DNA from: Ramazzottius varieornatus
Taxonomy: Eukaryota; Animalia; Tardigrada
Length of the DNA: 56,620 nucleotides
Direction of reading: 5' to 3'
NCBI GenBank assembly: GCA_001949185.1
Contig: BDGG01000028.1
Span: 1-56,620, forward strand
Shown here: positions 13,698 through 24,800 of the stretch, piece after piece
Position numbering within the stretch: position 1 is the first letter of the stretch
How the letters are laid out: every line of letters begins with the position of its first letter
Program-made: the position numbers and the translations under genes
The notes under the pieces: generated by a model
What the model was told of the DNA's origin: nothing
Seen by the model: only the letters and a program-made list of their open reading frames with translations
Database searches by the model: none

Positions 13698-14523
13698 TCA
13701 AGCGTTGTCGGCGTGCATCGGGATTGGCTGGAGCAGGCGTGAGGGGCAGTTGAAAGTGCTGCATTCGCTGCAAGCTCCCATGCAGCGAATTCCCAGACCT
13801 GCAACGAAGCAAGCGCATCCCGAGGTACTGTAAAGTACTCGTAAAGCAAGAGAAGATAGTTTACTCGAGTTGGCGGCCAGACGGCAGTAGATTGTTGAGC
13901 GATCAGCTTCCGTGTTATCGTTCAGGCAAAACTTCTTGATGGGACTGTAGTTGACCTTCATCCTCAGCTTTCTCGTAGTCTTCAGTGGAATGACCATGCC
14001 GGTTCCACAACCTGTACAGTTCAGGAGGCAAAATCAACACGAGAGCGGCGAAAGTAATAGATCGAACTTTTCTCCTCATGGTGACGTTGCATGGTCCCAA
14101 TTTCTTACCTCCGGCTCGAGCAGCCAGGGCCGCGTAATTAATAGGCGAACTGCACGGCTTGTTAAATCGCATCCCCAACCTCTGATCTGTAAGCGCACGA
14201 AAACATTTCACAATTCAGTGCGAAGAGACAGTAAGAACTAGCGGACTCATTCTCATCGCGAAGTGAAGTTGACAGGCGGTGGCGTAGGTGATGTTGGCCG
14301 TGCTGCAGACTTGCATCATCTTGGTGAACTTGCCCTGGCACTGACACGAGGTCGTTTGGGCGGCAGTCAGCGGGAGGGAACCTACTGGGACGTAAGCGGC
14401 AGTCGTAGGTGGAGCATTCGTGGAGTCGGATGAGCCCGAACCGGATCCCCAGGGCCAGATGTCCGCCGAAGTCAAAACGGCTAGCACAAGAACGCCAATG
14501 GTCACTGTCGTAAAAGTTGCCAT
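13698..14523 (-). CDS. Secreted Cys-rich protein with a Kazal-like module (about 4 exons)
   Basis: Signal peptide MATFTTVTIGVLVLAVLTSA; CxC...VCSTANITYATACQL...C Kazal-like pattern completed across an intron; second Cys cluster at the C-terminus. Confidence 0.7.
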
Positions 14524-15030
14524 TGTGGAGATGGTAGACTTCAACACAAAGGACAAAATTTTCAGAATGTGTTGAAGGAACCTCAGCAAAAGCAACAGTC
14601 ACTTCTGGCGACGCACGGCAAACGATACAAAGAAGTTGCTGCTGCTTAAATTTAGTGCTTTGCTCTTTTGGAGTGGCCGGACAGAAAAGTGGCGCTGTCA
14701 TCTGAGCGAGTCTTCGTCATTGATTTTTCATGAGGATATGCGAATTTTCCGCTGCGAACTTCTGTGATACCGGTGCTGCGGCGTTACAGTACTGTATACT
14801 ACCCGTGTTTTCGATTGCGGTCCGACAAAACAAACACTGAGATCTTTGATGAAGAAACGTGGAGAAAAATGCCGTATACAACTGAAAGAAGTTACAGTAC
14901 CACTCCCACTGCAGGATAGCTTGCAACGACGTTTTGAAAACACTTGGAGTTTTCTTCCATCTTTTCAGGGCGAGTCGATTATATGGCATATGCACAAACC
15001 TGCGGTTCATGGGGTAGCAGACGGGATATA

Positions 15031-15135
15031 GACAAATGACTTGAACCAGATCGTGTTTGTCAAGTGACGCACGCTCTCAACCAGTGAAAATGAAAACGAG
15101 CGCCACTAATAACGATCTGGCTCAGTTGATTTGCC
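15031..15135. repeat. TGGCGCA-palindrome family, full unit with outer arms (core 15061-15109)
   Basis: CAAATGACTTGAACCAGATCGT...CAAGTGACGCA-N27-AGCGCCACTAA...ACGATCTGGCTCAGTTGATTTG. Confidence 0.85.
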
Positions 15136-15750
15136 CCAGATGCTATCGATCAGTGGCGGCAGCGTATACAGACTTCTGCCGTTGACCTTTCCCCTGTTCC
15201 TGTTTAAGCTCTGTTTCATCTACCGATGGGTGGTACTTTTAGCCTCCTGACCAACCTATCCAACGCGGCATACCGGCCAATCAACGGTCAGCCGCCAATC
15301 AGTCGAGCATGAATGTGCAGTATCACACACGGTTAGCTTGGCGTGCCATTGATTACCTGATTATGTACTCATGGCACAAATCTGTTTGAATGATTGACCG
15401 CTAACCGTGGATTGGCCGGTCTGCCGCGTGCTCACTACCCGGGACGGATTCACGCGTACGACTGTGCGGAGGATCGTACATACTGAGGTTCGGAGATCCT
15501 ATCAGTTGATCTTCCCCTGTAGCGAGATGATCAGGAGCTGATCTTGACTTTCTAAAACGGCCAAGTTAACCCGCCTCGTGAACTACGAACTATGGCCGTA
15601 AAATAATTCATAACAAATGCTGGAGGGGTTGGCCAGGAGGCTAAAAGTACCACCCATCGGTAGATGAAACAGAGCGTAAACAAGTACAGGGGAAAGGTCA
15701 ACCGCAGAAGTCTGTATACGCAGCCGCCACTGCTATTGATCGACATCTGG
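15136..15750. mobile_element. Composite foldback/MITE: ~120-bp inverted arms enclosing an AGCTCTGTTTCA-family MITE and a nested palindrome (15263-15429)
   Basis: 15136-15256 is the near reverse complement of 15627-15750. Internal 15445-15562 matches 25685-25800 in reverse orientation. Confidence 0.85.
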
Positions 15751-16875
15751 TGAGACCGCTGTCGGCTCCCACACTGTCCCTTTGATGTTTGCTGACGGCT
15801 GCGTTCAACACTCATAATACCGGGGGTACAACTCGGTTTCGCAGCGCACGGTTACCTGACCGCAAATCACTTCCTGTGCAGCTTTGGCGGTTCAGTACTT
15901 TTTGTTTGCCTGTAATGGCACGTTCTCCATGACATGTAGCTGGTGACCACTGGCTAAACACTAGGTACGGAATTAGAAATGTTTTACAAGATTCGAGGGC
16001 AAACTGCTCCCAACACATGTTCCAGGTCCTCCTTCACGCGCCAAGCGTTTCAACAGCTGGAAAAAAACTTAGAACAACTCACAATCACTTCTTTACAACA
16101 TTATATCTCCAGCGTCCAACTAGCGGTTGTCCAGTGGTCAGACAAAGATCGCAAGTTGCTCATGGTGTTTCGACATATGGCGCAGCCCATGAGGTCAGGA
16201 ACGATACTACCACTGGTGGCGCCGCCAAGGTGGCAAGAAGTACATTTACTTTTTCACATTTCTATTTTACGGATTGCCTTTTTACGCATTTTACGCATTG
16301 CCCTGTCCCAGAAAGACTGAGCGAAGAACGATGATTGTTTGTGGCTCATGTAACGTTCATGTTTGTGCAGCGCACAGATTAACGAAGCAGAGTATAGTTT
16401 GTTCATATTGCAGCAAGAAGAAATCGAAATAACTGTAGCGAAAAATAAAATGAAATACATTGGCGTACCCCGGTCATGTGGCGGAACATCACGTTGGTTT
16501 TGCGCAGTAACATTCGCAACTTCATGGGGAGCACCGTGATTGGTGGGGACACGCCTTTTTCGTGCTTCCAGCCAGTTAAAAGGCTTCGGAACTCAGTTGT
16601 ACCCCCGGTATTCTTTCAGCATGAAATTTCCCGGTATTTCAAGTGTTAACAACAGTTTTGGCACAGTGCATAACGAAGTTATGTATACTGCACTGTGATT
16701 TTGCTTTTAGCCAGGAAACGTACTCCCCCCTTTGTCACCTACGCAACAATTGGCTGCATGGCCAAGCTTACACCCACTGAAAACCACACTTAGCGTTTTG
16801 GCGCAATCCATTTTTTGCGTCAGCTCGTACTAGAACTGTTTGCTGGATTATGCTGACATATTTATCGTTTTGCAG

Positions 16876-18062
16876 TTTCATTTCTTTTGTGTTATTGGTT
16901 CTTCATCGGTAAAAAAATTGCTCCACCAGTTCACAGCAAAGGCTTATTATCACCCGATCAGTGTATCTGCAAATTCAATCCTAAAGCACCGGCTAAAAGG
17001 ACGCCCATATTACTACCTACCGAGAGAAAGTTGTCGCCGGTTCTGGTATCTCAACCTGAGCCGATAACCCCTGTGCCGGTGCGGAGAAAGTCCACACTAC
17101 AGCAGATTCCCACTGTTACCGTAAGAAGGTTTTCAGAACCCAAGCCACTGCCGGAGTCGGCTGAACGAATACACTCCATGGGGAGGCACGACGATAGGGT
17201 CCGCACCAGCGAAGACGAAGACGTGGTTCCGGGAAGAGTGACCGATACAGAAATTCGAATGAAAATGAGAGGCGACTTACCGATATGGACTAACCAGAAG
17301 AAACCCAAGTTCAGGAAGTACACCAGACAGATGTTTCATTTGTTCCAGACGGGAGTTTTTGCCGTGGTGAGAACAGCAAAGTACAGTATTTTTGTGGTGA
17401 TCCATGTTATTAATTTATGTCTGTGGTCGTTCCTGTCTGTCAAATAGTCAACCGTTTCGGAGCTCTGAATTAAAACAGGAAGATAGAACCAGATACACGT
17501 CATGGACGCAACCCAGACATCCGCGATGACGCTGTGTTGTCATGCAGAAGATGAATGAATGACCAATCTCTCATGTGTAGACTGTGGATTGTCCGATCGT
17601 ACTGTTGACCTAACTGTTGCAATGTTCAAATTGTTTCAGGTTGGAAAGACACACGTGTATTTCCTCAAATTCATTGATGCAGAGATGGGTGACACTCCTC
17701 GGCATGTCGTCGTGCGGTATTCCCAATGCCTCTTCTTAAAGCTGGGTGAACGGGAGTCGAACAGCTTTGAGCCAGACGAAGAGAGCGCACTGAGACGCGG
17801 AAGTCAAGCCCAAGATGAGGTTTCCTACTACAGCCGCAGCGAAGGAGAAGCACGGTTCAAAACTGGTAACCGCGGCGAGACCCACGTCCTCCTTGATCAT
17901 TTCAGACGGCTAAGGAGAGCATCGACAAGGTGCAACTGCCAGAATCCAGTAGTGCCGTGTAAGTGCATGAAGGAAGCCAAGAGGACAATTCAGGCCGACC
18001 CCGAAGAGTTTCAGAGGTTTTCTGGTACCACCGGGAAAGATTTCTGCACAATACAGTTCTGA
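16876..18062 (+). CDS. Hypothetical multi-exon protein (short hydrophobic segment, Pro/Arg-rich region, CxC clusters); 5' end unresolved
   Basis: Two long ORFs (16887-17447, 17559-18062) with plausible acceptors at 16875 and 17639; no recognisable family. Confidence 0.4.
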
Positions 18063-18438
18063 TCGTTTTGGCCTTCTTCTTTATCGTCTCATCGGGCGAT
18101 TTTTGTTACGGTTGCTCTTCCCGTTTTTTTAGCGCACAGTTCACTCCTTTTTGTTGTTTTATCCCTCGACTTTCCCCGGAAGCTGCGGTATCTTCCTGCA
18201 GTGTGCATGGCTTTCTTTTATGGTTTTACCAGTTCAGTTTCTTCGATCGCGCGGGCTCTCCCGGCTTCGCAGTACATATGACACACCATAACAGTTGCGG
18301 ATACATTACATATGACCTACTACATGACATGTATCAAATTACCGTGATCGAAGTTCATGGACGTGAACGGTCCTCTTATCAATCTTATTTACAAGTACAG
18401 CGTTAAAATTTCACTCGGACACAGAAAGTCAGACTTGC

Positions 18439-18738
18439 TCATGGCTTCTTCAGACGTTGGGGTATCTTTGAAGGCATATCCAGGGAAGGGTCGTTTCCTG
18501 ACGCGGAAGGAACACCGAAGACACGAAATTCCTTCACATTGGCGTTCTGCAGTGACTCCAGCTGCCTCTGGCCCCTCCGAAGAAGATATTCAATCCGCAT
18601 CGACTCAGAAAGCGGAAGCGCTGAATGTTGCTTGAACTCGGCACGGATGCGTTCTTTGAAGCCTGGCTTGTCTCGCGCAGCGCGCATGAATCCCTTGTAG
18701 AGGCGTAACACGTGGCGTGATAACCTTGACCGAACCAT
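18439..18738 (-). CDS. SDHAF1: LYR-motif protein, succinate dehydrogenase assembly factor 1-like
   Basis: MVRSRLSRHVLRLYKGFMRAARDKPGF...IRAEFKQH..LP......IEYLLRRGQRQLE; intronless CDS. Confidence 0.85.
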   Translation of the reverse strand: MVRSRLSRHVLRLYKGFMRAARDKPGFKERIRAEFKQHSALPLSESMRIEYLLRRGQRQLESLQNANVKEFRVFGVPSASGNDPSLDMPSKIPQRLKKP

Positions 18739-19763
18739 CGTGCAACTGCGCTTCTCAAAGATACGCTCACCGTCCCACATCTACGCCATCAGCTTCCAGT
18801 TTGTTTTCCATTCGGGCAAAGCCTACAAACAAAGCAGGAGAAAAGTTCTAGAATACTGGAGTCAGTGCCAGCTCGGCTCTCAGAAACGTCCGAGAAAGAC
18901 GAGGAACAGAGGAAGAGAAACACTGATGTGCTGCTAAACATCGCCTTGCTGGTGATCGAAACGCATGATCAAGCTCTTGATTGATATAGCCAAGGCGCAG
19001 TGTGGGGCCGATTTTAGTCATGGCGTAATGAGTTTGCTCCTGATAGAAAAGCGCTATATAATTAGACCGGAAGATCAGTCAATCTACCATTCCTGCGCCC
19101 AGTACCTGAAACAAAGTACATTAGTTCATCGATTGATTGAGTGCTTGGCCTGCCACGGGGTTTGAAAAAGCAACGGAGCCTTGTCCGATGCGATGGTTTC
19201 CAGTTCACGAGTCGGTGCCGCGCCATTTTGATGGCTGGATGTTTCAGTTATTGCGCATTTTGGCTCACCATGCTCAGATGGAGGCGAGGTTTGGCAGCAC
19301 TTCAGTGCAGAGAAACTGAGAAAGTTTCTGCGAAAAAACTTGAGGTGGCCAATCAACAATCAAGCGAACAACAACGCTCTAGCCTCCAAGTGCCGATGCG
19401 ATATTACATTACGTGACACATTAAGTTACCAGCTGACACCACTAACACCATTACAGATTTATTTTATTCGGTGAAGCGGATTCAACGGAAGCTCATATTA
19501 TCAATTTTCCGTGAGGTTACATATTCAGCTTTTTATACAGTTAGTTCTTAAAAATAAAATGAAGAAGCAACATCGACCTCAAGAGTCAGCTCAAGGACGT
19601 TCGGAGCAGAAGTGCGGTAGAAATCTTATTTTTCTACTGGAATATTAGGATTACGAACAACAATTCTGTATAGAGGGCTTCTGCAAATGACTGCAAACTT
19701 TACAGTGAGAAACCTTTACAATGCGGAAAAAGCGAGTAGCGTGCCCGAATAAAGATCAATCAG

Positions 19764-20306
19764 TTATTTGGGTTGAGTGGCTGCCATAGGGTTGCGGAGT
19801 ACGAGGATGACGGAATCACCACGAAGGAACATTTTCTGGATGAAGCGATCTTTGTTGACGGGTTTGCCTTTCTTCTGGCCTTTTCCTGACTTCGGATTCT
19901 CTGTCCAAATTTCCTTTACTTCTTCCAGAACCATATTACAATGCCTGGAAAAGAAAAGGCCAACGCCTTTTAGTACAACAGCAGCAGATACAAAAATACG
20001 TTGAACAGATTACCGAAGTAAACTCATCGACAATCAATCAAAGCCGACATGGTAGAAACCTTACCGGTCAAATGCCTTCACTCTACCCAGAAGTTTACGA
20101 TTATTCCGGCAGTTGATCAGGACTTGCGTGTTATTTTTCACGGACTGCGTGAGGACAGATAGCGGGCCAGTACGGAACTCTTCTTCTTCAATCTTCTGCA
20201 GCTCTTCCTGAGTCAGTTCACTCTTTGGCTTCGCGGCAGACCTGCAAAAAGAAACAGATTACGTCTGCTCGACCCACCACTTCACAACTGTAAGCGATAC
20301 TTACAT
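19764..20306 (-). CDS. SNRPD2: Small nuclear ribonucleoprotein Sm D2
   Basis: AT|[11 protein letters not shown]...[35 protein letters not shown]|[15 protein letters not shown]...[21 protein letters not shown]; introns 20242-20304 and ~19945-20064. Confidence 0.97.
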
Positions 20307-20376
20307 GGCGAGGCACTACCGTCGTCCAGCAGTACGACAAAAAGATTCCAGAGGTAAAGGAAGGTAGAAGTACAGG

Positions 20377-20404
20377 AGATGCGAGATGCGAGATGCGAGA
20401 TGCG
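20377..20404. repeat. (GAGATGC)x4 microsatellite upstream of SmD2
   Basis: Direct reading of the sequence. Confidence 0.85.
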
Positions 20405-20885
20405 CAATCGGAAATGGTGGAAACTGGAAGAAAAAGTCTGTAAACTGGCAAGAATGGACGAGCGTGCAAATGCAAGGACAATCAGCCGCAGCAGACGAAC
20501 TAGGGTGTCCCTTGCGGCTTGCCAAACGCACGAGCACAATCACTGTCCGCACCCGGTACGCTGTCCACATCATTTGCTCTTACAACACCTTACCTGACAT
20601 CATATATGCAACTCGATGTACGAAAGCAGCCACTCGTCAATATGACGTAAAATTTTCCGCTCATCAGATTGAAGTTAGACCGTGCGCCGGATCCGGATTC
20701 ATTGTTTTGATCTCTTGAAGAAAACACATCCCCCCAGTTCTCATAGGTCTGTTCGGCCAAATCGTCGATAGATCACGTCATTGGATTTTTGAAGCTGTCC
20801 GTCTAAACGTCGAAGTATCCGTGCCTTGTGGGATATATCCTACTTGGACACTGGCTTTTCTAACCGGAACGTCCCACCGACAAAG

Positions 20886-21534
20886 ATGGCCTCTACCTCG
20901 ATTCTAACTGTGACGTTCCCCCTGGTTATCCTGTCTGATGATCTCCTCGTTCTGGTCCTCAGTGGATGCTGCAAAAACACGGGCAAATTCAGCTGTTGTG
21001 GAAAAGCCAAGTTTAACGTCTTCTGTTGTGCCTGTAAGGGAGCCTGCAAACCAGGATGTAGCTTTGATCCAAGCCTGGTCGTGAACATTCTGGACGCAGC
21101 AGCTAAAGGGGGAAAAGGTTTAGGTGGGAGAGGACGAGGCAAACGAGGAGCTGGAAGCTGAAACTCATCTGTGGATTCTCTGGAGAAGTTCCGGAGTATT
21201 GGTAGGAGATTTTCTTATGGATCCTTCCGTGTTCTAACTCAAGCTTTGCCATTTGTGTACGCTGATTGGGTTGATTGAGTTCTGTTCTGGTTTGGAAGAT
21301 TTGAATGGAGATGGTTTCCTGGACATGGGCGAAGCCGACAAGCACCGAATTAGTCGAGCTCTCTGCACCTCCCACACCTCAGATGAAATTAACCAAGACT
21401 CCGACGCCTTTTTGAACTCGACTGTTGGCGCACCTTCTCGTCCAAAGCGAGCTGTGTTGCCGGGGCGCTACGCGGAAGTGGACACCGACGGAGATGGGCG
21501 CATTTCCTTCCAAGAGTTCGACTTCGATCATTAA
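20886..21534 (+). pseudogene. Diedel-like Cys-rich + EF-hand secreted protein interrupted by an in-frame TGA (21159-21161)
   Basis: CCGKAKFNVFCCACKGAC resembles the Diedel-type motif CCGxGxCNxFCCxCxGGC. The frame continues after the TGA as NSSVDSLEKFRSI|DLNGDGFLDMGEA ... DTDGDGRISFQEF (two EF-hand loops) via an intron at ~21202-21298. Confidence 0.6.
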
Positions 21535-21879
21535 TAGAAACCGTGTGTTGTATTTCGATAAAATGGTTCCGTACCCTATTTTGTTTCAAATCGGTTTGTG
21601 ATGGGTTGGTGTTTTTCGTTTTCTCCCGTATAAAGAAGTTCTATTTGTGAGCTGTCAGAAAAATGCGGATTTTGGCTTCCGCTCGATCAGCTTGACAGCA
21701 GAGGGCGCCATGATGCCAGTGGCGATGATCCACTGCGTTCTATGAAATAAAAATGTTCTAACTACACAAAAACTGTCCGAAAACAGTGTTGGTGAATTCC
21801 CAGGAAAGAAAAGCGAGTCCCTTCAACAGCGATAAGCGATTCAGTTGGACGGCGTAAGGCAAGAATGAGATTGTCATGA

Positions 21880-24800
21880 TCATCCATACGAATAACGTTT
21901 GGGGACGGAATGGGGATCCAAGTGATTGCTTGCTTCAAGGAGATTACTGGTGTCAGCTTGAGTAGTATTTGTGTTGGCCTCTTTGGGATCAAATGTTACC
22001 AGGCGGATCTTAGGGGGCTTTGAGGGGCGACGCTTTTCAGAGGCGGAACGAAAGCGATCCAGGTTGCCACTCGGATAATCATGGCCGTTCGGCTGGGACA
22101 TCGACTCTCTATCCCGTCCCTTCCGGAATTCACGCATTGACCTGCTAGTAGGTCGGAATGTGAAAATCTGCGAGTGTTGGGGAGAGCCCGAAGCAGATGA
22201 CACGTAGAAGGAGGTTCGATCTCGGTAAATTGCTGGGCTACCTAAAAGTTCAGACTCTATATCTGGCCATATCAACAAAAAAAACACGAAACCTTACGAA
22301 AAATATACCCGCACGAACCATTCGTCGAAGGACGCATCGATATTCGGGACGTCGGCAAATGGCTTGAACAAGATCGTTTTCCCGGCTGGCGCATACTTTC
22401 AACCAATAACAGTGAAGACGTGCGCTACTTGAAATGACGATCTGGCTCAGTTGATTTGCCAACGTCCTTCCTACAGTCAGTTACAGCAAAGTTGTTGGTG
22501 TTTTGCTGAGCTCGATTTCTGTTGGATTCTCAACCAGGTACGGAAAACGGTCTTAATTTGTGGAGCCTCTCTACTACAGAAGTAAAACGTTGGAACACGA
22601 ACGCTCGCTTTCTAGAAGAAAGAAAACCGGAACACCGACAACTTTGCTGTAATAGACTTTATATAAGGCTATTCCTTTAGTTTCTCCGAGATTTTATATT
22701 CGCTGACTTGTGAGGGTAACGAGGTCAAGGACTTTGCCTGTGAGCGCAGAGAACAGGAGATCTAGGTTAGTCTTATTCGGGTAGATTCCACGCCGGTTTA
22801 TTTACCTTGTAAGGCTTTGTTCCGAAGATGCTTACAGCAAGAAAGCGTTTCCAGGAAGGCTTGCCGAAAGCGTTTGCTCATCACTGCAAGAAGCAGAAAG
22901 AATACATTAGACAAAAACCTCTCTGAACCACATCAAGCACGATAATTGAGAAATATCAGCACGCGCATTCAGGAATCAGGAAGATGAAGGAAATGCATTA
23001 CCATTATAAAGAATAGGATTGATGGACGAGTTGATGAAGATGCACGTTTTTGCGAAGAGCATGACCCACTTGTTCAGGATGGGCTTTGGGGCAAGACAGT
23101 TGTACAGACTGATACCGCGATACGGGAGCCATAGCACAGCAAAGGTCACCACGATGACCACCAACATTTGAACAACCTGGAGAAAGATGAAATTCAAAAT
23201 TGGACCGAAAAGCTTGACCGGACCAAAAACCGGACCGAACCGTTAGGCTCAAAGATCTGATCGTCCGACTGAAATTTCGCGATGGCCTCACTGCGGACCG
23301 CCAGTTGCAGTTGTTGAGATTGTAGCTGGCCTTGTGCTATACACGTGTGATACACCGATCATATGGGATACCGGCAAACCAAACGTACAAGATCGTTGTG
23401 CCAAGTGGCGCATGTTTTATTGCTGTTGGCTGGAAGCGTGCGCCACTCAAGATAATCGTCTTGCACGTTTCGTTAAATTGCGGGCCTCTGATTTCTGAAT
23501 ACGTGTCAGAGGTTCGTGAGACCGAATGGTACCTTCTGACGAAAACTTGTTGACATGCTTATTACGGTTGCCCACTCAATCTGTAATTGACGACTAAAAT
23601 GGTGGCCAATCTATCACTTGGTAGCTCCTCGAACTAACCTTGATTCGTGACTGACGCATTTCCCCATCCATCTTGGCTTTGCGGATCGACAGCAACCTTC
23701 GTGGGCCATTATCTTCCGGGTCGGTTACCGGGACCGCCAACAACACTTTACCGTTTTCCTTTCGGGAGTTCGATAGGGCGTCGCTGTCGGCGGCATTTAA
23801 TGGAGCGCGGTTCCTGCATTAACACATGGAAAGGTCGGTTGAGGGCTGGCTTCTGGTTTTATGTACTATGAGTTCTTATAACTCAGGTACCTGAAAGACG
23901 CGTGGCTGTTCGACCTTGACACGCCTGGTGGTAAACGTCGGAGTGCCAGGCCGATTTTGAGGTAGAGGACGGTGGCGGTAGTCAGTGGGATGAAGTAGAA
24001 TAACAACATGTCACTGCCAAAGATGTAAACGTACTTGTCGGGGGCGACGCGGAAGGTGCAAACACGAAGGACGGGAAAACGAGGATGAAGCTTGACGACC
24101 GTTAAGCCTAGCCAAGGGATGGCAGAAGCAATCGAAACAAGCCATAATCCCAGGATAATCTTTTTGGCTCGTTCCTGGGTGCAGAGAGTCTTGGCTTTCA
24201 GTGGCTTGCAGATGGCAATGTACCTCTGTGAAACAACACAGATGGTAGAAAAACTCGGGAACTTTACCAAAGCTTCACCCCCACTGAAGTCCACCAATTC
24301 GCCGCACTCCCAACTGGGAACTGTGACAAAGTTCAAATGGAACACCCGGAAGGGATACATTTCCTGTAGTGTAAAAATACAAGCATGTGGGAGACGCAGT
24401 GCCCAAATTGCCCGTATGGTGTCATGGTTTCAACAAGAGGACATGGTCTGAAGGTATCTTGGGTTGCTTCCATAGCAGAAAAACATTAGTCTTTACATCG
24501 ATCGATTTACTCTTTTACTTCTCATGGCCATCGTACATTACATCCATAAAATGTGCAACCCAGTTCGAGAAACCATTCATCATGAAGACTAAGTGATCAT
24601 CAGTCCATTCACTGCTGCAAGCTGCACACGAACAACTGATTCACCACGAATCTTCATTTCATGACAGGAAGAACTTTGCCATTGTGATTCTAGGGGCGTC
24701 TCGCAAAGAGAATCATCTCACATTTTACTTCCTCATGCGTGCAACTTGACACATGAACTCTATTCATCATCCGAACAAAGTAAACTTGGACCGCACATAT

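Noticed and set aside
21159-21161. Selenocysteine TGA or alternative genetic code
   Set aside because: The codon lies in a linker rather than a redox motif, no SECIS is recognisable by eye, and TAA, TAG and TGA all terminate conserved genes in this window.
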